Shown here one piece after another: positions 1-13,214 of a stretch of DNA of 64,000 nt (positions are counted from its first letter, which is position 1; every line of letters begins with the position of its first letter). The DNA lies in the IMG/VR virus record IMGVR_UViG_2740892229_000011; one strand, written 5' to 3'. The position numbers and the translations under genes were made by a program. This DNA is from a virus. Lineage: Duplodnaviria; Heunggongvirae; Uroviricota; Caudoviricetes. The notes below the pieces were generated by a model that was not told the DNA's origin, ran no database searches, and saw nothing but the letters and a program-made list of their open reading frames with translations.

Positions 1-1549
1 TTCGTATGTTTCTTTGTTTGGGGTTAACTCTATTGGTGATATTAAAAAAGCTCTTTATCATTGTGCCACACCAATTAATGAAAAGAAATATAAAGAACTA
101 ATTTTATCTGAAACGGATCGAACTATGATTCGTTATAGAAATGGGTTTTTGGGATGGTTGAAATACAACTCCTTGTCAAAATTTTTAATACATTTCGGAA
201 AGAACGATTTTTTTGGGTTCAAAACAGATAACCTGCTGTCATCTCTTGAGTATAAATTTGTTAATAATTATTTGGTTTGTATTGATGATGTTGAAAGAAA
301 AGGTAATTCGCTAGAAGTTAAAGAAATTATGGGGGTAATTGATGAATTGGCAAGAAGAAAAGGCTGCAAAGTTGTTCTAATTTTAAATGAAGATAATTTA
401 CATGATGAAACTGCAAAAAAACAGTTTTTAGAGTACAGAGAAAAAGTAATTGATGTCGAAATAAAATACGATCCTACGCCTGAGAAGAACTTACGTAAAG
501 TTTTTTATGAAACTGATTCTGATTTTCTTTTGTTAAAAGTCTTAGCAAATGACTTAGACATTAAAAATATCCGTATATTAAATAAAATAAAAACATCTCT
601 GGTTAATCTTAGGAATGAGCTAAGCTTGGCAGAGGATAAGGTTAGAGAAAGTTTTATCAATAGATTGGTTCTGTTTTCAGTGGTTTACTATTCTGGTGTT
701 CCAGGTGTTGATTATGCCTTGTTTAAAGAATCAATTAAAAACATACATGTATTTGATTACATGTTAGATGATAAAAAGGATGATTCTGTATATTCATTTA
801 TTAATAGTCTTGATATTATTTATGAACGAGCGGAAATTGCTTTCGATGATGACATAGATTTTTATCTCAAGAATGGTTATCTTTCTACTGAAAGCAATAT
901 TCGAGGTATAATAGAAGAAAAAAATAAACAATATAAAGAACACAAGGCTTTATGTGAGGTTAACAATGTTTGGGATATTTTTAGTGACTCATTCAAGGAC
1001 AATGAATCTGAGTTTATTTCTAAGATAAAATGTGTAATTAACGACAATCTTTCACACATACCTGTTGCTCACTTCATAGGCTTGATTGATATCTTAAATA
1101 GATTGGAGATTGATTGTGATAGTTATATAGAGGCATATGCAGATGCCTTTGTTAGCCAAGATGATGCTTATACTGCTTTTCGGAATTTGTATGTAGAGAT
1201 ATTTGGTAACGAAAAGTTAGGTCTGCTAATTCAAAAAAAATTGATGGATAAGAAGCCTGAAGAGACTAATTTAGAGAATGTTTTATACAAAATAATTGAA
1301 GGCAAATTTAATCATAGTGACATAGCATATCTTAACAGTTTCTCTGAAGATGATTATTTAAAGTGGATATTATCCCGCAATCAGGATGCTTTGGATTTAG
1401 TGAGAAAGGGGTTGCTCAGATTCAAAAGTATGCAAGAACTAACAGAAGAACAGCAAAAAATCACGAATAAAGCAATAGGTGCATTAACGAAACTGGCCTC
1501 TAGATCAAGTCTTAACAAACTACGTGTGAGCAGATTGCTTAATAATTAA
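1..1549 (+). CDS. AT-rich cargo gene, 5'-partial (open to window edge); possible P-loop NTPase (KAP/Abi-like) of unknown function
   Basis: Reading frame open from nt 2 to stop at 1547-1549; about 30% GC versus about 50% for neighbours; Walker-B-like hhhhDD motif (LVCIDDVER) near the visible N-terminus; no Walker A in the visible part (expected upstream of window). Confidence 0.45.
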   Translation, partial: SYVSLFGVNSIGDIKKALYHCATPINEKKYKELILSETDRTMIRYRNGFLGWLKYNSLSKFLIHFGKNDFFGFKTDNLLSSLEYKFVNNYLVCIDDVERKGNSLEVKEIMGVIDELARRKGCKVVLILNEDNLHDETAKKQFLEYREKVIDVEIKYDPTPEKNLRKVFYETDSDFLLLKVLANDLDIKNIRILNKIKTSLVNLRNELSLAEDKVRESFINRLVLFSVVYYSGVPGVDYALFKESIKNIHVFDYMLDDKKDDSVYSFINSLDIIYERAEIAFDDDIDFYLKNGYLSTESNIRGIIEEKNKQYKEHKALCEVNNVWDIFSDSFKDNESEFISKIKCVINDNLSHIPVAHFIGLIDILNRLEIDCDSYIEAYADAFVSQDDAYTAFRNLYVEIFGNEKLGLLIQKKLMDKKPEETNLENVLYKIIEGKFNHSDIAYLNSFSEDDYLKWILSRNQDALDLVRKGLLRFKSMQELTEEQQKITNKAIGALTKLASRSSLNKLRVSRLLNN

Positions 1550-1557
1550 GTATTCAT

Positions 1558-1612
1558 GACCTGTTTCTGTATATAAATAATAAGTAACTTATTAAATATA
1601 CGGAAGCAGGTC
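1558..1612 (+). terminator. Stem-loop A: 15-17 bp stem with AT-rich loop, near-identical to stem-loop B at 49601-49657
   Basis: Arms cctgtttctgtatat / atatacggaagcagg; the two mismatches are G-U wobbles only in the plus-strand transcript; sits 9 nt after the stop of the AT-rich gene. Confidence 0.45.
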
Positions 1613-1718
1613 TTTCAAAAGATACCCACCAGAACAACTCCCTTCCGTTTCCACTTCCAAAAACTGCCACCAATCGCTATCATCAGCTCATTGTGATAAG
1701 TAAGTAACCACCTACCAG

Positions 1719-2468
1719 GTGAGCCACATGAGCCAAATCTTTTTCGACACCATCGACAACGACCAGTACGACTTCATGACAGAGTGGAATACCGCTGTTA
1801 TGGATAAGTGGGTTGCTGAAAACATTGGTTTGTCGCGCTGCAAAGACGAGGCTGAACTCTTCGAGACGAAGTGGTTTGATTACCGCGACATGCATCCTCT
1901 CATGGCCACCTGCCTTTTTACGGAGGCATACAAACGTCAGTACTCAAATATCATGCTGACGCACGGTCGCGAACACTTTGAAACAGCTCCGTTCACCACC
2001 GGGTTAAAACGCCTGCCTTATCAGGAGTTGTCGACTGCCAATAAAACGTCTCTATGGAAAGCACGCCAGTTTGCTGACCGCTATTGCTGCTCATACGACT
2101 ACTTTATCTCCACCGTTCTTTCCGCAGCTGCACGACGGCTGTGGGACAAGCTGCCGCGCCCACAGCATTTATGGCAGCCAGAACTGATTGAGATATTTGA
2201 AGAGAAATTAGCCAGACGCGCAACAACCCGTCTGGATGACTCTCTGGTTAGCTTTAAGCATATGGGAGACATGCAGTTCAACCCGATTCAGGAAAGCTAT
2301 TTTGAATGGATTCTGGAGCGTTTGCGCACCATCCCTCGCAGTAAGCGCATACGCGCAATTTTCTCCGCTATCTGGCTAATGGAAATCGTTCCAGAGCGCC
2401 TTATTTCCGCCCACTTTCCAGAAGAACTGGAAGAAGCACGGCGGTTTATTGATCCCCTATCTAATTAA
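1719..2468 (+). CDS. hypothetical protein immediately upstream of the replicative helicase
   Basis: 249-aa ORF, 51 bp upstream of the helicase gene; no recognisable motif. Confidence 0.5.
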   Translation: MSHMSQIFFDTIDNDQYDFMTEWNTAVMDKWVAENIGLSRCKDEAELFETKWFDYRDMHPLMATCLFTEAYKRQYSNIMLTHGREHFETAPFTTGLKRLPYQELSTANKTSLWKARQFADRYCCSYDYFISTVLSAAARRLWDKLPRPQHLWQPELIEIFEEKLARRATTRLDDSLVSFKHMGDMQFNPIQESYFEWILERLRTIPRSKRIRAIFSAIWLMEIVPERLISAHFPEELEEARRFIDPLSN

Positions 2469-2511
2469 CTAATACTAGAAAACAATTTGTTTAAAAAACA
2501 AAGGAAAGCAC

Positions 2512-3852
2512 ATGACCGAACTTTGCCATACAGGACGCGGGCTGTCCGAAGAGTTTGATGAAGATTTCCAGAACAGACTGACGGCATATTTTTGTCGTGA
2601 TCACGAGTTTCTTACTCGTGCGGGAGATCTGGTTGTGCCTAGCCAATTTGCCAATGCGGCCAATGCCATATTGGTTAATATGGTTTCGGGCTATTACCGT
2701 ATGTACAAGAGCGCGCCTTCTTCATCTGCGATTCTGGATATGCTTAAGCGTGCGAAACGCGATAAGACCATCCGTGAGGAACTCTTCCCGGATGTTGTTG
2801 CTGCGTTTAAGCGCATCCTTGCAGAAAAATTGTCTGATACCTCGTACATGGTTGACCAGGTATCCACATTCGCAAAAAGTGTAGCGTTTGATGATGCTCT
2901 GATTAAAGCTGCTGAACTGAAAGAGAAGGGCGACTTTCAGGGGGCGATGGCAATCATGGCCAAGGTTCAGCAGATAGGCTCGAACGAAGCGACCGGAATC
3001 TATGACTACTACACCTCCGCAAGTGAGCGATTGAAAGCGCGTGAATATGAGGCTTCAGAGGAGTATGTGCCAAACAGCATTACAACTGGACTCCCTCTGC
3101 TTGATAGATTGCTGTACCAAAAAGGCTGGGCAAAGCGCGAAATGGTGCTCTTCATGGGTTTTGCTAAATCCGGTAAATCGACCGCAATGGGTGAGTTTTC
3201 CATAAACGCAACGCTTGCTGGCTACAATGTTCTGTATCTCTCGCTGGAGGTTCACACCACCATTTTATCCGACCGTTTTGATGCAAGATTGTCGGAGACA
3301 GAAATGTCCAAGCTGGTGGAACGGCGCGATGAGGTTCATCGTAAGTTGGCAGAGTTGGGAGCCACGAAGGGGATTGGTAGTTTGTGGGTGGTTGAGCGTC
3401 CGTCAGGAAGTATGTCACCGGCAGATCTGGACCGTATGCTTAACAGCATGAAAGCCAACGGCATGGTGCCTGACATGGTTGTTGTCGACTACGCAGATTT
3501 GATGCGTGCCAGTTATGACCTTCGTGATGATCGCGCCAACATTCGTAGTATCTACACCGATTTACGTGCTCTTTATGACAAGCATAACGTTGCTGGAATA
3601 ACGGCATCGCAGACAAACCGTGAAGGTGGCGCGTCAGAAGTTGCCACAATGATGCACGCCGCCGACAACATCGAAAAAGTACGTATTGCTGACCTGGTAA
3701 TAACGATCAACAAAACCGAAGAAGAAGAAGCGAAAGGAGAGGCTCGTCTCTACTTTGCTGGTTCGCGTAACCAGCAGGGAGGGATCAGCATTCGCGTTAA
3801 ACAAAACCTCGAACAAATGCGCTTCATTGAGCGAATCTTAGACGTTACCTAA
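2512..3852 (+). CDS. DnaB-family replicative DNA helicase
   Basis: RecA-like C-terminal domain with Walker A (GFAKSGKST), Walker B (MVVVDYADLM) and the overall DnaB/gp41 layout; conserved TIR AAAGGAAAGCACATG. Confidence 0.8.
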   Translation: MTELCHTGRGLSEEFDEDFQNRLTAYFCRDHEFLTRAGDLVVPSQFANAANAILVNMVSGYYRMYKSAPSSSAILDMLKRAKRDKTIREELFPDVVAAFKRILAEKLSDTSYMVDQVSTFAKSVAFDDALIKAAELKEKGDFQGAMAIMAKVQQIGSNEATGIYDYYTSASERLKAREYEASEEYVPNSITTGLPLLDRLLYQKGWAKREMVLFMGFAKSGKSTAMGEFSINATLAGYNVLYLSLEVHTTILSDRFDARLSETEMSKLVERRDEVHRKLAELGATKGIGSLWVVERPSGSMSPADLDRMLNSMKANGMVPDMVVVDYADLMRASYDLRDDRANIRSIYTDLRALYDKHNVAGITASQTNREGGASEVATMMHAADNIEKVRIADLVITINKTEEEEAKGEARLYFAGSRNQQGGISIRVKQNLEQMRFIERILDVT

Positions 3853-3933
3853 AAAATAAGCGTGGAGAACACCTCCACGCTTGATTCATTGGTGAAACAA
3901 CTTTTCTTTTGCCAAACCACAAAAGAAAAACAC

Positions 3934-5115
3934 ATGAGCCTTTATGTTATATCAACATTTAGGTTGGTAACAATATTGCCTGTTAAAAGTGGAATTATCG
4001 TGAGCGAGCTGAAAGAGTTAATTACCGAATTAGATTTTGAACAATGGTTGGACACTGAAGGTATCGTTTATCGACGTGGAGGCGTGAGTACTCGCGGTCG
4101 TGAAGTGAATATCAAGGAGTGTCCGGTATGCGGCAGCTCCAACTGGAAGGTATATTTCAATCTGACCAGTGGCGTCGGTAAATGCTTCGCTGGTGATCAT
4201 CCCGAAGAGATTCAGTTCAATAAGCTGGTCTTCCTCAAGCACTACAGCGGCAAATCACGACGACAGTTCGAGGAATATGTGCAGAACGCCCTTCTTTCCC
4301 AGGGGTGGGCACCAAAGAAAGAAGAGCTAGTGCTTGCAAGCACAGTCGAGTTAGAGGGGCCAGTTGCACTCCCTCGTCATTACGAACTTCCTATAGATGG
4401 CCGTCTTCCAGACTATCTGGTTGAACGAAATATATCGCCTGAAATGGCAAAGTATTTTGACCTACGATACTGCGTCGAAGGTAAGCACGCCTATGTAGAT
4501 CCGTATACAGATCAGGTTAAAGGACAGATATTCGATATGCGAATACTGATACCGGTTTACGATCTGGATGGGGTAATGAAGACATTTCAGGGACGAGACA
4601 TTACCGGTACAGCAGAACGCCGCTACCTCTTTCCTATGCAGCTTCCAGCTTCAGGTAAGTTTCTCTACAACGGCTATAATGCAGTCGGCAAACAGACTGT
4701 AGTTGTCTGTGAGGGGGCGTTCGATGTTATGGGGGTTAAACGAGCTATTTTTGACGAAGAAACATTACGTGATTACGTGGAACCAATAGGAACGTTCGGG
4801 ATGCATCTATCTGGTAACACCACTCAGGATGCAGAAGATCAGTTAGGCGCGTTCCTGACGCTCAAGGCGCGTGGGTTACGTAATGTGATCATGATGTGGG
4901 ATAGTGAAAAGCAAGCTATACGAAACACTATGGCCGCAGCCAGGCGACTGACCAGTATCGGTCTTAATGTGAAAATTGCATGTTTGGGCGAGGAAGGACT
5001 CGACCCCGGCGATGCGACCCCGGGGCAGATTATCAAAGCCTACTATTGCGCAAAACCTTACTCACGACGGCTTGAACTTTTAAGCAAGGTAAAAGGCATA
5101 GCAGCATTAGTTTGA
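3934..5115 (+). CDS. DnaG-like DNA primase (zinc ribbon + TOPRIM)
   Basis: CPVCGSS..CFAGDH zinc-binding motif; TOPRIM motifs VVVCEGAFDVMGV and MMWDSE; start chosen at internal ATG preceded by the conserved AAAAGAAAAACACATG context (track ORF begins 3862). Confidence 0.75.
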   Translation: MSLYVISTFRLVTILPVKSGIIVSELKELITELDFEQWLDTEGIVYRRGGVSTRGREVNIKECPVCGSSNWKVYFNLTSGVGKCFAGDHPEEIQFNKLVFLKHYSGKSRRQFEEYVQNALLSQGWAPKKEELVLASTVELEGPVALPRHYELPIDGRLPDYLVERNISPEMAKYFDLRYCVEGKHAYVDPYTDQVKGQIFDMRILIPVYDLDGVMKTFQGRDITGTAERRYLFPMQLPASGKFLYNGYNAVGKQTVVVCEGAFDVMGVKRAIFDEETLRDYVEPIGTFGMHLSGNTTQDAEDQLGAFLTLKARGLRNVIMMWDSEKQAIRNTMAAARRLTSIGLNVKIACLGEEGLDPGDATPGQIIKAYYCAKPYSRRLELLSKVKGIAALV

Positions 5116-5797
5116 ACCAGTATTAGTCACGTACACATTGACCGAAAATGATTTAACTTCTGTGTTGAAGTTGTCAGTCATTACCGCGAGGTAGGCATTC
5201 TTGGTATCTCTGAATTGCTTCAGTATGATTTGAACGTTATCGGTGCAAACAAACGAGGTAGCCAGATTGCCTCCTTTCTCTGAAAAATCCTTCAGGAAGG
5301 TGCAGTCAACTTTGCCATCATTAGCGGTGAAGGTAGCATCATCACCCTGCCAGGTAAATGTAGCGTTAACGCCCTTATCAATGGATTTAGCAATAAGTCG
5401 CTGGGTGGCGGATTTTGTTTTGGCTTTGGAAGCCGGCGCTCGATATTTGCCGCTTTCTTTCAGTTCTGCAATGTAATCACAGCCATTTTTATCTTCTTTA
5501 TCACAAGCAGCCTGATAAAGCTCAGCTGCTTTTTTATAGTCTTTTTTAACCCCTTCACCATACTCATACATAATGCCAAGATTTGTCATGGCATCGGCGT
5601 TTCCGAGTTCAGCAGCTTTTTTATACCACTTAATTGCTTCGGCATCGTTGCGTTTAACACCTAAACCGTCATCGTATAAGGTGCCTAATGCGAACATGCC
5701 ATCTGAACTACCTTGATCCGCCGCTTTTTTGTAATAAGTAAAAGCTTTTTTATAACTCTTTTGTACACCTTTACCATATTGGTAATACGCACCAAGA
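5107..5797 (-). pseudogene. Sel1-repeat secreted protein, C-terminal fragment (gene split by IS100-like insertion)
   Basis: Sel1/TPR-like repeats (KWYKKAAELGNADAMTNLGIMYEYGEGV) continue in frame upstream of the annotated Met up to the IS boundary at 5797. Confidence 0.6.
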
Positions 5798-8211
<2,414 letters not shown>

Positions 8212-8444
8212 ATTTTTTGTTCTGTTGATATAGGATGAACAGTTTAGACGCGGCAAGTGTCAAGTGTGCGAAAAATGGTACTTAAATTTAGTTAATATGT
8301 CAGCTTTGTTGATTTAGTTTATGGTCGGTAAAGTTACTAGGAAACTAATAACCATAAGAAATAGTACGTCATTTAATTATTGTGGCACTGCTCGTGTTTT
8401 GATTAACTAATACCTGCGATAAATATAAATAAAGGGAAGCCAAC

Positions 8445-8858
8445 ATGAGCAAAAATAAGCTGATTTTAACAGGAGCTTTATTGTCTTTGTTTGCTTTAGT
8501 GGGGTGTAAGCCTACAGACGAGAAGGCTATTGCTCTGGGCCAACAAGCAATTGCGGATGATATGAAAGATCCCACGTCGGTGATGTTTAGGAAAGATAAG
8601 TTTGTCAGGACTGATCATGACGATGGGAGTGTGACAGGCTTTGTGTGCGGAGAATTGAACGCCAAAAATGGCTTTGGTGCATACGTGGGCTATCACTCAT
8701 ATGTTGTTGAACTCGAAATGAAGCCAAAGGGCATGTTTTCGAAAGGGGTGGTATACAAAATCCTATCGAAGTCGTTGGCACCTAATGATCCTCATGACTT
8801 ACAGCGTTATAAGCAGGTCTACAGAAAGATGTGCAACAGTGAGGCTGTAGCTCATTAA
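8445..8858 (+). CDS. putative lipoprotein
   Basis: Signal peptide with lipobox LVGC (MSKNKLILTGALLSLFALVGC). Confidence 0.5.
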   Translation: MSKNKLILTGALLSLFALVGCKPTDEKAIALGQQAIADDMKDPTSVMFRKDKFVRTDHDDGSVTGFVCGELNAKNGFGAYVGYHSYVVELEMKPKGMFSKGVVYKILSKSLAPNDPHDLQRYKQVYRKMCNSEAVAH

Positions 8859-8983
8859 TGGTGAATGCCGGGCAGACTATAAGCCCGGCATCTTCGTATA
8901 GGGAACTATTGCGCCTAAAATGATAAGTAGATACATACTTAGTTTTTTGTAAGAATACTTTCATCTGTTAGCTAGGAGTTGGT

Positions 8984-9760
8984 ATGAAAGACGAAATTCA
9001 GAAATTGGCCTGTGACATCATTGATAAAACAGGTTTAGAAATCAGCGAGGGCAGTCGACTAGACATCATTGGAAAGGCCGTCAATACAGCAATGAATCAT
9101 ATCGCTGCTCGTATGGACGAGATCCCGCTACCAGGGTTGCCTTATCTGAAAGTTGAGTTACACGTATGGGGCGAACCTTCTTGTGCACGGCGTTCTGCAT
9201 TAGTTGTTTTTATTAGCAAAGAAAACCCGCTCAGTCTTAAAGTGCAGGTTGGAGCATGGCTTGATGGCAGAGTGATCTACACAAATACCGTTTTTTGTCT
9301 TTCAAACGACGAAACTATTGAAGCGGCCATTCAAGAAGCAGTTCTAGCAATGCGCAGCAGCGGTTTGATGAAGAATAACTACGAAGAGTACTTGCGTTCG
9401 ATAAGTGGTGAAAAGACATTATCTCTGAAAGCAGATTTCGTTACCCCGAAAAATCTGTTGGAAGTTTTGATTAATAAAGGGGCTAATAGTGCCGTAAATG
9501 TAATCAGAGAGAGTGAATACGCGTCTCTTTGGGATATGTGCAAAAGCCAGTTGGATCTTGTGCATATCGTTGTTGATGCGGGGAAGGCTTGTGATGGCGT
9601 AATGGCGGAATTTGCTGGGAAGATGGTCAGGATTGCTAACGAATTACCGATGATTAAGCAAGAGGCTAAATCATACGCCACCAATCATGTCACAGAGCTT
9701 CTTGCCCCTTATCGCTTAGAAAGCGATCAGCGCAAGATGATTAGCTGGGGAAGTTGGTAA
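8984..9760 (+). CDS. hypothetical protein
   Basis: 258-aa ORF with SD AGGAG upstream. Confidence 0.45.
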   Translation: MKDEIQKLACDIIDKTGLEISEGSRLDIIGKAVNTAMNHIAARMDEIPLPGLPYLKVELHVWGEPSCARRSALVVFISKENPLSLKVQVGAWLDGRVIYTNTVFCLSNDETIEAAIQEAVLAMRSSGLMKNNYEEYLRSISGEKTLSLKADFVTPKNLLEVLINKGANSAVNVIRESEYASLWDMCKSQLDLVHIVVDAGKACDGVMAEFAGKMVRIANELPMIKQEAKSYATNHVTELLAPYRLESDQRKMISWGSW

Positions 9761-9827
9761 GCTCTCTGTGTGTCGTTTTTTACGCAAACAATGATAGGTA
9801 AGCACAAGATTATTTCTGGCGGTAATT

Positions 9828-10298
9828 GTGAAAGCTGATTTATCAAAAATCCCTTCTATTTCAGGAAATAACGGTTATTCACTTCGTTGTGAGGAAGTAA
9901 AGATAAACGGTGAGTCGGCATATTGCAGCTATTCCGTTTGCCAGCACACCATTCTTGCCTTCAAAGAAAACCGTCTTCCTCGAACTTCTTTCCAGTCGTG
10001 CGCAACCGCTATTAAAGCAGGCAAATGCAAGGCGTTAAAAATGATGGTTGAAGAGATTCGTAAAGGAGAATCTCTGTATTTCGAAGATATGACCGCACTC
10101 ATTAAGGAGGTTGAAGAACGGAATAAACAAGCCAGAACTATAAAACGAAAACGTGACAGTGTAACGATTAATAGCATGGTTAAGAAGAGCGCCACATCAC
10201 AAACAGCGATCACTGACGTGTATGCGGCGTTGCTTGAAGAAACAACAAAAGAAACACATGAGCAAATCGATCAACATATGGAGGCAAAACAACAATGA
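9828..10298 (+). CDS. hypothetical protein (start uncertain)
   Basis: ORF in the gene string between 8984 and the ligase; weak RBS at the listed start. Confidence 0.3.
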   Translation: MKADLSKIPSISGNNGYSLRCEEVKINGESAYCSYSVCQHTILAFKENRLPRTSFQSCATAIKAGKCKALKMMVEEIRKGESLYFEDMTALIKEVEERNKQARTIKRKRDSVTINSMVKKSATSQTAITDVYAALLEETTKETHEQIDQHMEAKQQ

Positions 10299-11617
10299 AA
10301 AAGTTGATCGCACTTAAGCATAAGCTGGACGAAATGAAAGCTATGGGAACCAATGCAAAAAAAGAGGCATTGGCCAACATGGATGACTTCGAGCAAAGCA
10401 TGGTTTCATTGATGCTCAACCCTTTCATCCGTTTTGGGGTAAAGAAATACAAAGTGGTAGAGCCGCTTAGTGAGTCCGTCCCAAGTGACGAAAAAGCCAT
10501 TGATATACTGAATAAGCTGGCCTCTCGCGAGCTGACGGGGAACGCAGCAATAGCTGCTGTTGAGTCTATCGTGGCGTCAATGTGCGCCGATGGGCAGGAC
10601 GTCTTCCGTCGTTTCCTCTTAAAAGATCCGAAAGCTGGCGTTGGGATTAGCCTATGCAACAAGGTTTTTGAAAATCCCATTCCGAAATTCGAGGTGCAGC
10701 TGGCGTCACCGTATAAAGAAAAAGGCGACAAATACCCCTTCAAGCCAAACCCTAAAGCAAAATGGCCGATGATTGGCAGCCTTAAGCTCGATGGTTTGCG
10801 AGTAATTTGCGAGGTTATTGTTGACGAGGAAGAGGTTAACTTCCTTTCTCGTACTGGTAATCCAATCACGTCTCTCGATCACTTAAAGCCAGCCATGCTC
10901 GAATTAGGCAAACTTTCAGGCCACAAACACATCTTCTTCGATGGTGAAGGAACAGCCGGTTCATTTAACCAGTCCGTATCTGCATTGCGCAAAAAGAACG
11001 TGCAGGCAATTGGCGCTATTTATCATGTTTTCGACTTCTTCCTACCGGAATGGCGAGCACAGGCTAAATCCAAAGAGTATGCAAAGACAGGTATGAAGCT
11101 GAAAGAGCGCCTGGCTATGCTGGTGGCGTTGTTCAAAAACGATCGCAGTGAAGGCTACACACAAGACATTCACCTGCATCCGTTCTACATCATCCATAGC
11201 CACGAAGACTTCATCGAACGCTTCATGAAACGCCTGGACGATAACGAAGAAGGGGAGATGGGCAAAGATCCGAACTCTGTTTACGAGTTTAAACGTACCC
11301 GCAGCTGGTGGAAGTTAAAAGACGAAGACTCAGAAGATGGTGAAATTATCGACTTTGAGCCGGGCGACCCGGACTCTGGTTTTGCCAACACGCTTGGAAA
11401 AATTGTTATTCGCCTTGAAAACGGTGTGATTGTTCGTGCGAGCGGCATTAAGCATAAATATCTGGACGAGATCTGGAACAACAAAGAGAAGTACCGTGGT
11501 CGTATTGTCGAGGTTCATTGTCACGAGAAAACGCCGGATGGCAGCTTACGCCACCCACGACTGAAATGGCCGCGTTGCTTACGCGATACCGAAGATCGAA
11601 TCGGAGATAAAGAATGA
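10295..11617 (+). CDS. ATP-dependent DNA ligase
   Basis: Adenylation motif KLDGLR (motif I), EGEMGK (motif IV-like) and WWKLK (motif V). Confidence 0.7.
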   Translation: MKKLIALKHKLDEMKAMGTNAKKEALANMDDFEQSMVSLMLNPFIRFGVKKYKVVEPLSESVPSDEKAIDILNKLASRELTGNAAIAAVESIVASMCADGQDVFRRFLLKDPKAGVGISLCNKVFENPIPKFEVQLASPYKEKGDKYPFKPNPKAKWPMIGSLKLDGLRVICEVIVDEEEVNFLSRTGNPITSLDHLKPAMLELGKLSGHKHIFFDGEGTAGSFNQSVSALRKKNVQAIGAIYHVFDFFLPEWRAQAKSKEYAKTGMKLKERLAMLVALFKNDRSEGYTQDIHLHPFYIIHSHEDFIERFMKRLDDNEEGEMGKDPNSVYEFKRTRSWWKLKDEDSEDGEIIDFEPGDPDSGFANTLGKIVIRLENGVIVRASGIKHKYLDEIWNNKEKYRGRIVEVHCHEKTPDGSLRHPRLKWPRCLRDTEDRIGDKE

Positions 11618-11829
11618 TCGTATTAAGTAAAAGGGAGAAAGAAACGCTTCATGAAATCAGTAAGTGGCCGGAGTTCCCTGAGTACTGGAAGCCTAAAACG
11701 CGAGCTAAGTTAGAGCGTTTAGGGTTGGTTGCAAACGTTTCTGAAACGTGGTGCTCGGCCAACTACCAGTTAACTGATAAAGGGAAAGTATTGCTACAGC
11801 AATTAGTAGAATCAGGAGCGTTAAAATGA
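11614..11829 (+). CDS. hypothetical small protein
   Basis: ATGA start/stop overlap with the ligase gene; SD GGAG. Confidence 0.4.
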   Translation: MIVLSKREKETLHEISKWPEFPEYWKPKTRAKLERLGLVANVSETWCSANYQLTDKGKVLLQQLVESGALK

Positions 11830-11974
11830 TTCCATACATCTCATTAGCTTTTATGGGTGGCTTCCTTATTGGCTTCGGCATCTGTCGTGATTTAATTAAG
11901 CAGGAACTTAAAACCAAAACACTGTGCATCGGAAAGCGTGTGTATCGGGTAGTTCATGAAACAAAGGTTAGAAA

Positions 11975-12265
11975 ATGAGCAATTTAACTTCTTGGGACTG
12001 GTGGTTGGCCACCTATTTCTTAGCGGCCGGAGTCGCATTCGCCTTTTACGTAGGTCAGTTAGTCGTAAAACTGTTGCTGATAAAATTTGCTAGTCATAAA
12101 CGTATCGATGATGGTCTGTGGCGTCTTGGCACTCTGGTGGAAACTCGCTACGGGCAACTTAAGGAGAACGAAACCATTACTATCCAAGCGAAACGGTTCA
12201 CTGCCACCATCACAAGAACACCTAGTCGTAGAGTGGCCTTGATCAAAAAAGTCACAACCGAATAA
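11975..12265 (+). CDS. small membrane protein
   Basis: Hydrophobic N-terminal segment (WWLATYFLAAGVAFAFYVGQLVV). Confidence 0.4.
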   Translation: MSNLTSWDWWLATYFLAAGVAFAFYVGQLVVKLLLIKFASHKRIDDGLWRLGTLVETRYGQLKENETITIQAKRFTATITRTPSRRVALIKKVTTE

Positions 12266-12655
12266 AAACACAATGATAAGTATTTACTTACTTATCTTTT
12301 ATGTATAAGATGACTTTGTTTTCGTTGAGACGCGACTGTTTGAACTTAAATACAAGTGCAAACGAAGAAGTCTATCTGGCAGTAGCCTAATAAGCCAAAC
12401 ACCAGCGAGGTCAGTTTCCAGCCTCGTTACCGAAATGGGACACACTGAGCGAGTGTGATTGCAGAACGCAGGAGGGAACATTCATGTTCCCTCCGATGAA
12501 GTAACAGAATGGGCGGTTGGTATATTTTCAACTCCATATGACTCCCGGATTCTTAGCCACTGACCGCCCATCCTGTTACGTCATTTTGTTCAATTATGTC
12601 GTTTATACTGGGTTAAAAAGCGGCGACGTAGCCCGGCTGGTATGGTTAGCCAGCA

Positions 12656-12777
12656 CACAACGTTGAGGCCATTACATTTTTATCAATTCTAAGGTTCTAT
12701 TCACAGAGATACCGGCGAGCGTTGATATGTAACATGTTGGGCAAACATTCAATCGGAGTAGTGGCCTCAACGTTGTG
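12656..12777 (+). repeat. Long inverted-repeat hairpin element E1 (CACAAC..GTTGTG termini)
   Basis: 16-nt arms cacaacgttgaggcca / tggcctcaacgttgtg enclosing about 90 nt. Confidence 0.5.
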
Positions 12778-13043
12778 AAGACAGGATTGTTGTGTAGGTT
12801 TAACCACTGTTGCCATTGGTGCCTGTTTTCACAACAAATGATTCCATACATCACATTGTATAAATTACAAAGTAGGTGCTGTCCTCAGAAACATCATCTA
12901 CTTAAAGATTTTGCCTTCTACTATTGAGCGAAGTCGAAAGCGTCTGGCACTAACGAAAAGTGCAAGTAGCGGTGCGTTTCCTGGCAGAAACTAAACCGTC
13001 GCGATTGGCACTGTTGAGTAATAAATACTGGCAGTGCTGAATT

Positions 13044-13118
13044 GATGGTGTAGCTCAGCGGTAGAGCAGTTGGCTGTTAACCAACTGGTCGGTGGTTCGA
13101 ATCCACCCACCATCGCCA
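13044..13118 (+). tRNA. tRNA-Asn (anticodon GTT)
   Basis: Cloverleaf read by hand: acceptor gatggtg/caccatc, anticodon loop ctGTTaa, T-loop GGTTCGAATCC, 3' CCA encoded; differs from the recalled E. coli tRNA-Asn. Confidence 0.85.
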
Positions 13119-13123
13119 ATTTA

Positions 13124-13210
13124 GGGGAGTTAGTCCGTAGGGGCAGCGGGGTAGACTGTAAATCTACTGTCATTGCGACTCGGGTGGTTCGACTCCATCA
13201 CTCCCCACCA
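13124..13210 (+). tRNA. tRNA-Tyr (anticodon GTA), type II with long variable arm
   Basis: Acceptor ggggagt/actcccc, anticodon stem gtaga/tctac with loop ctGTAaa, long variable arm, T-loop ttcgact, CCA encoded. Confidence 0.7.
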
Positions 13211-13214
13211 AATT

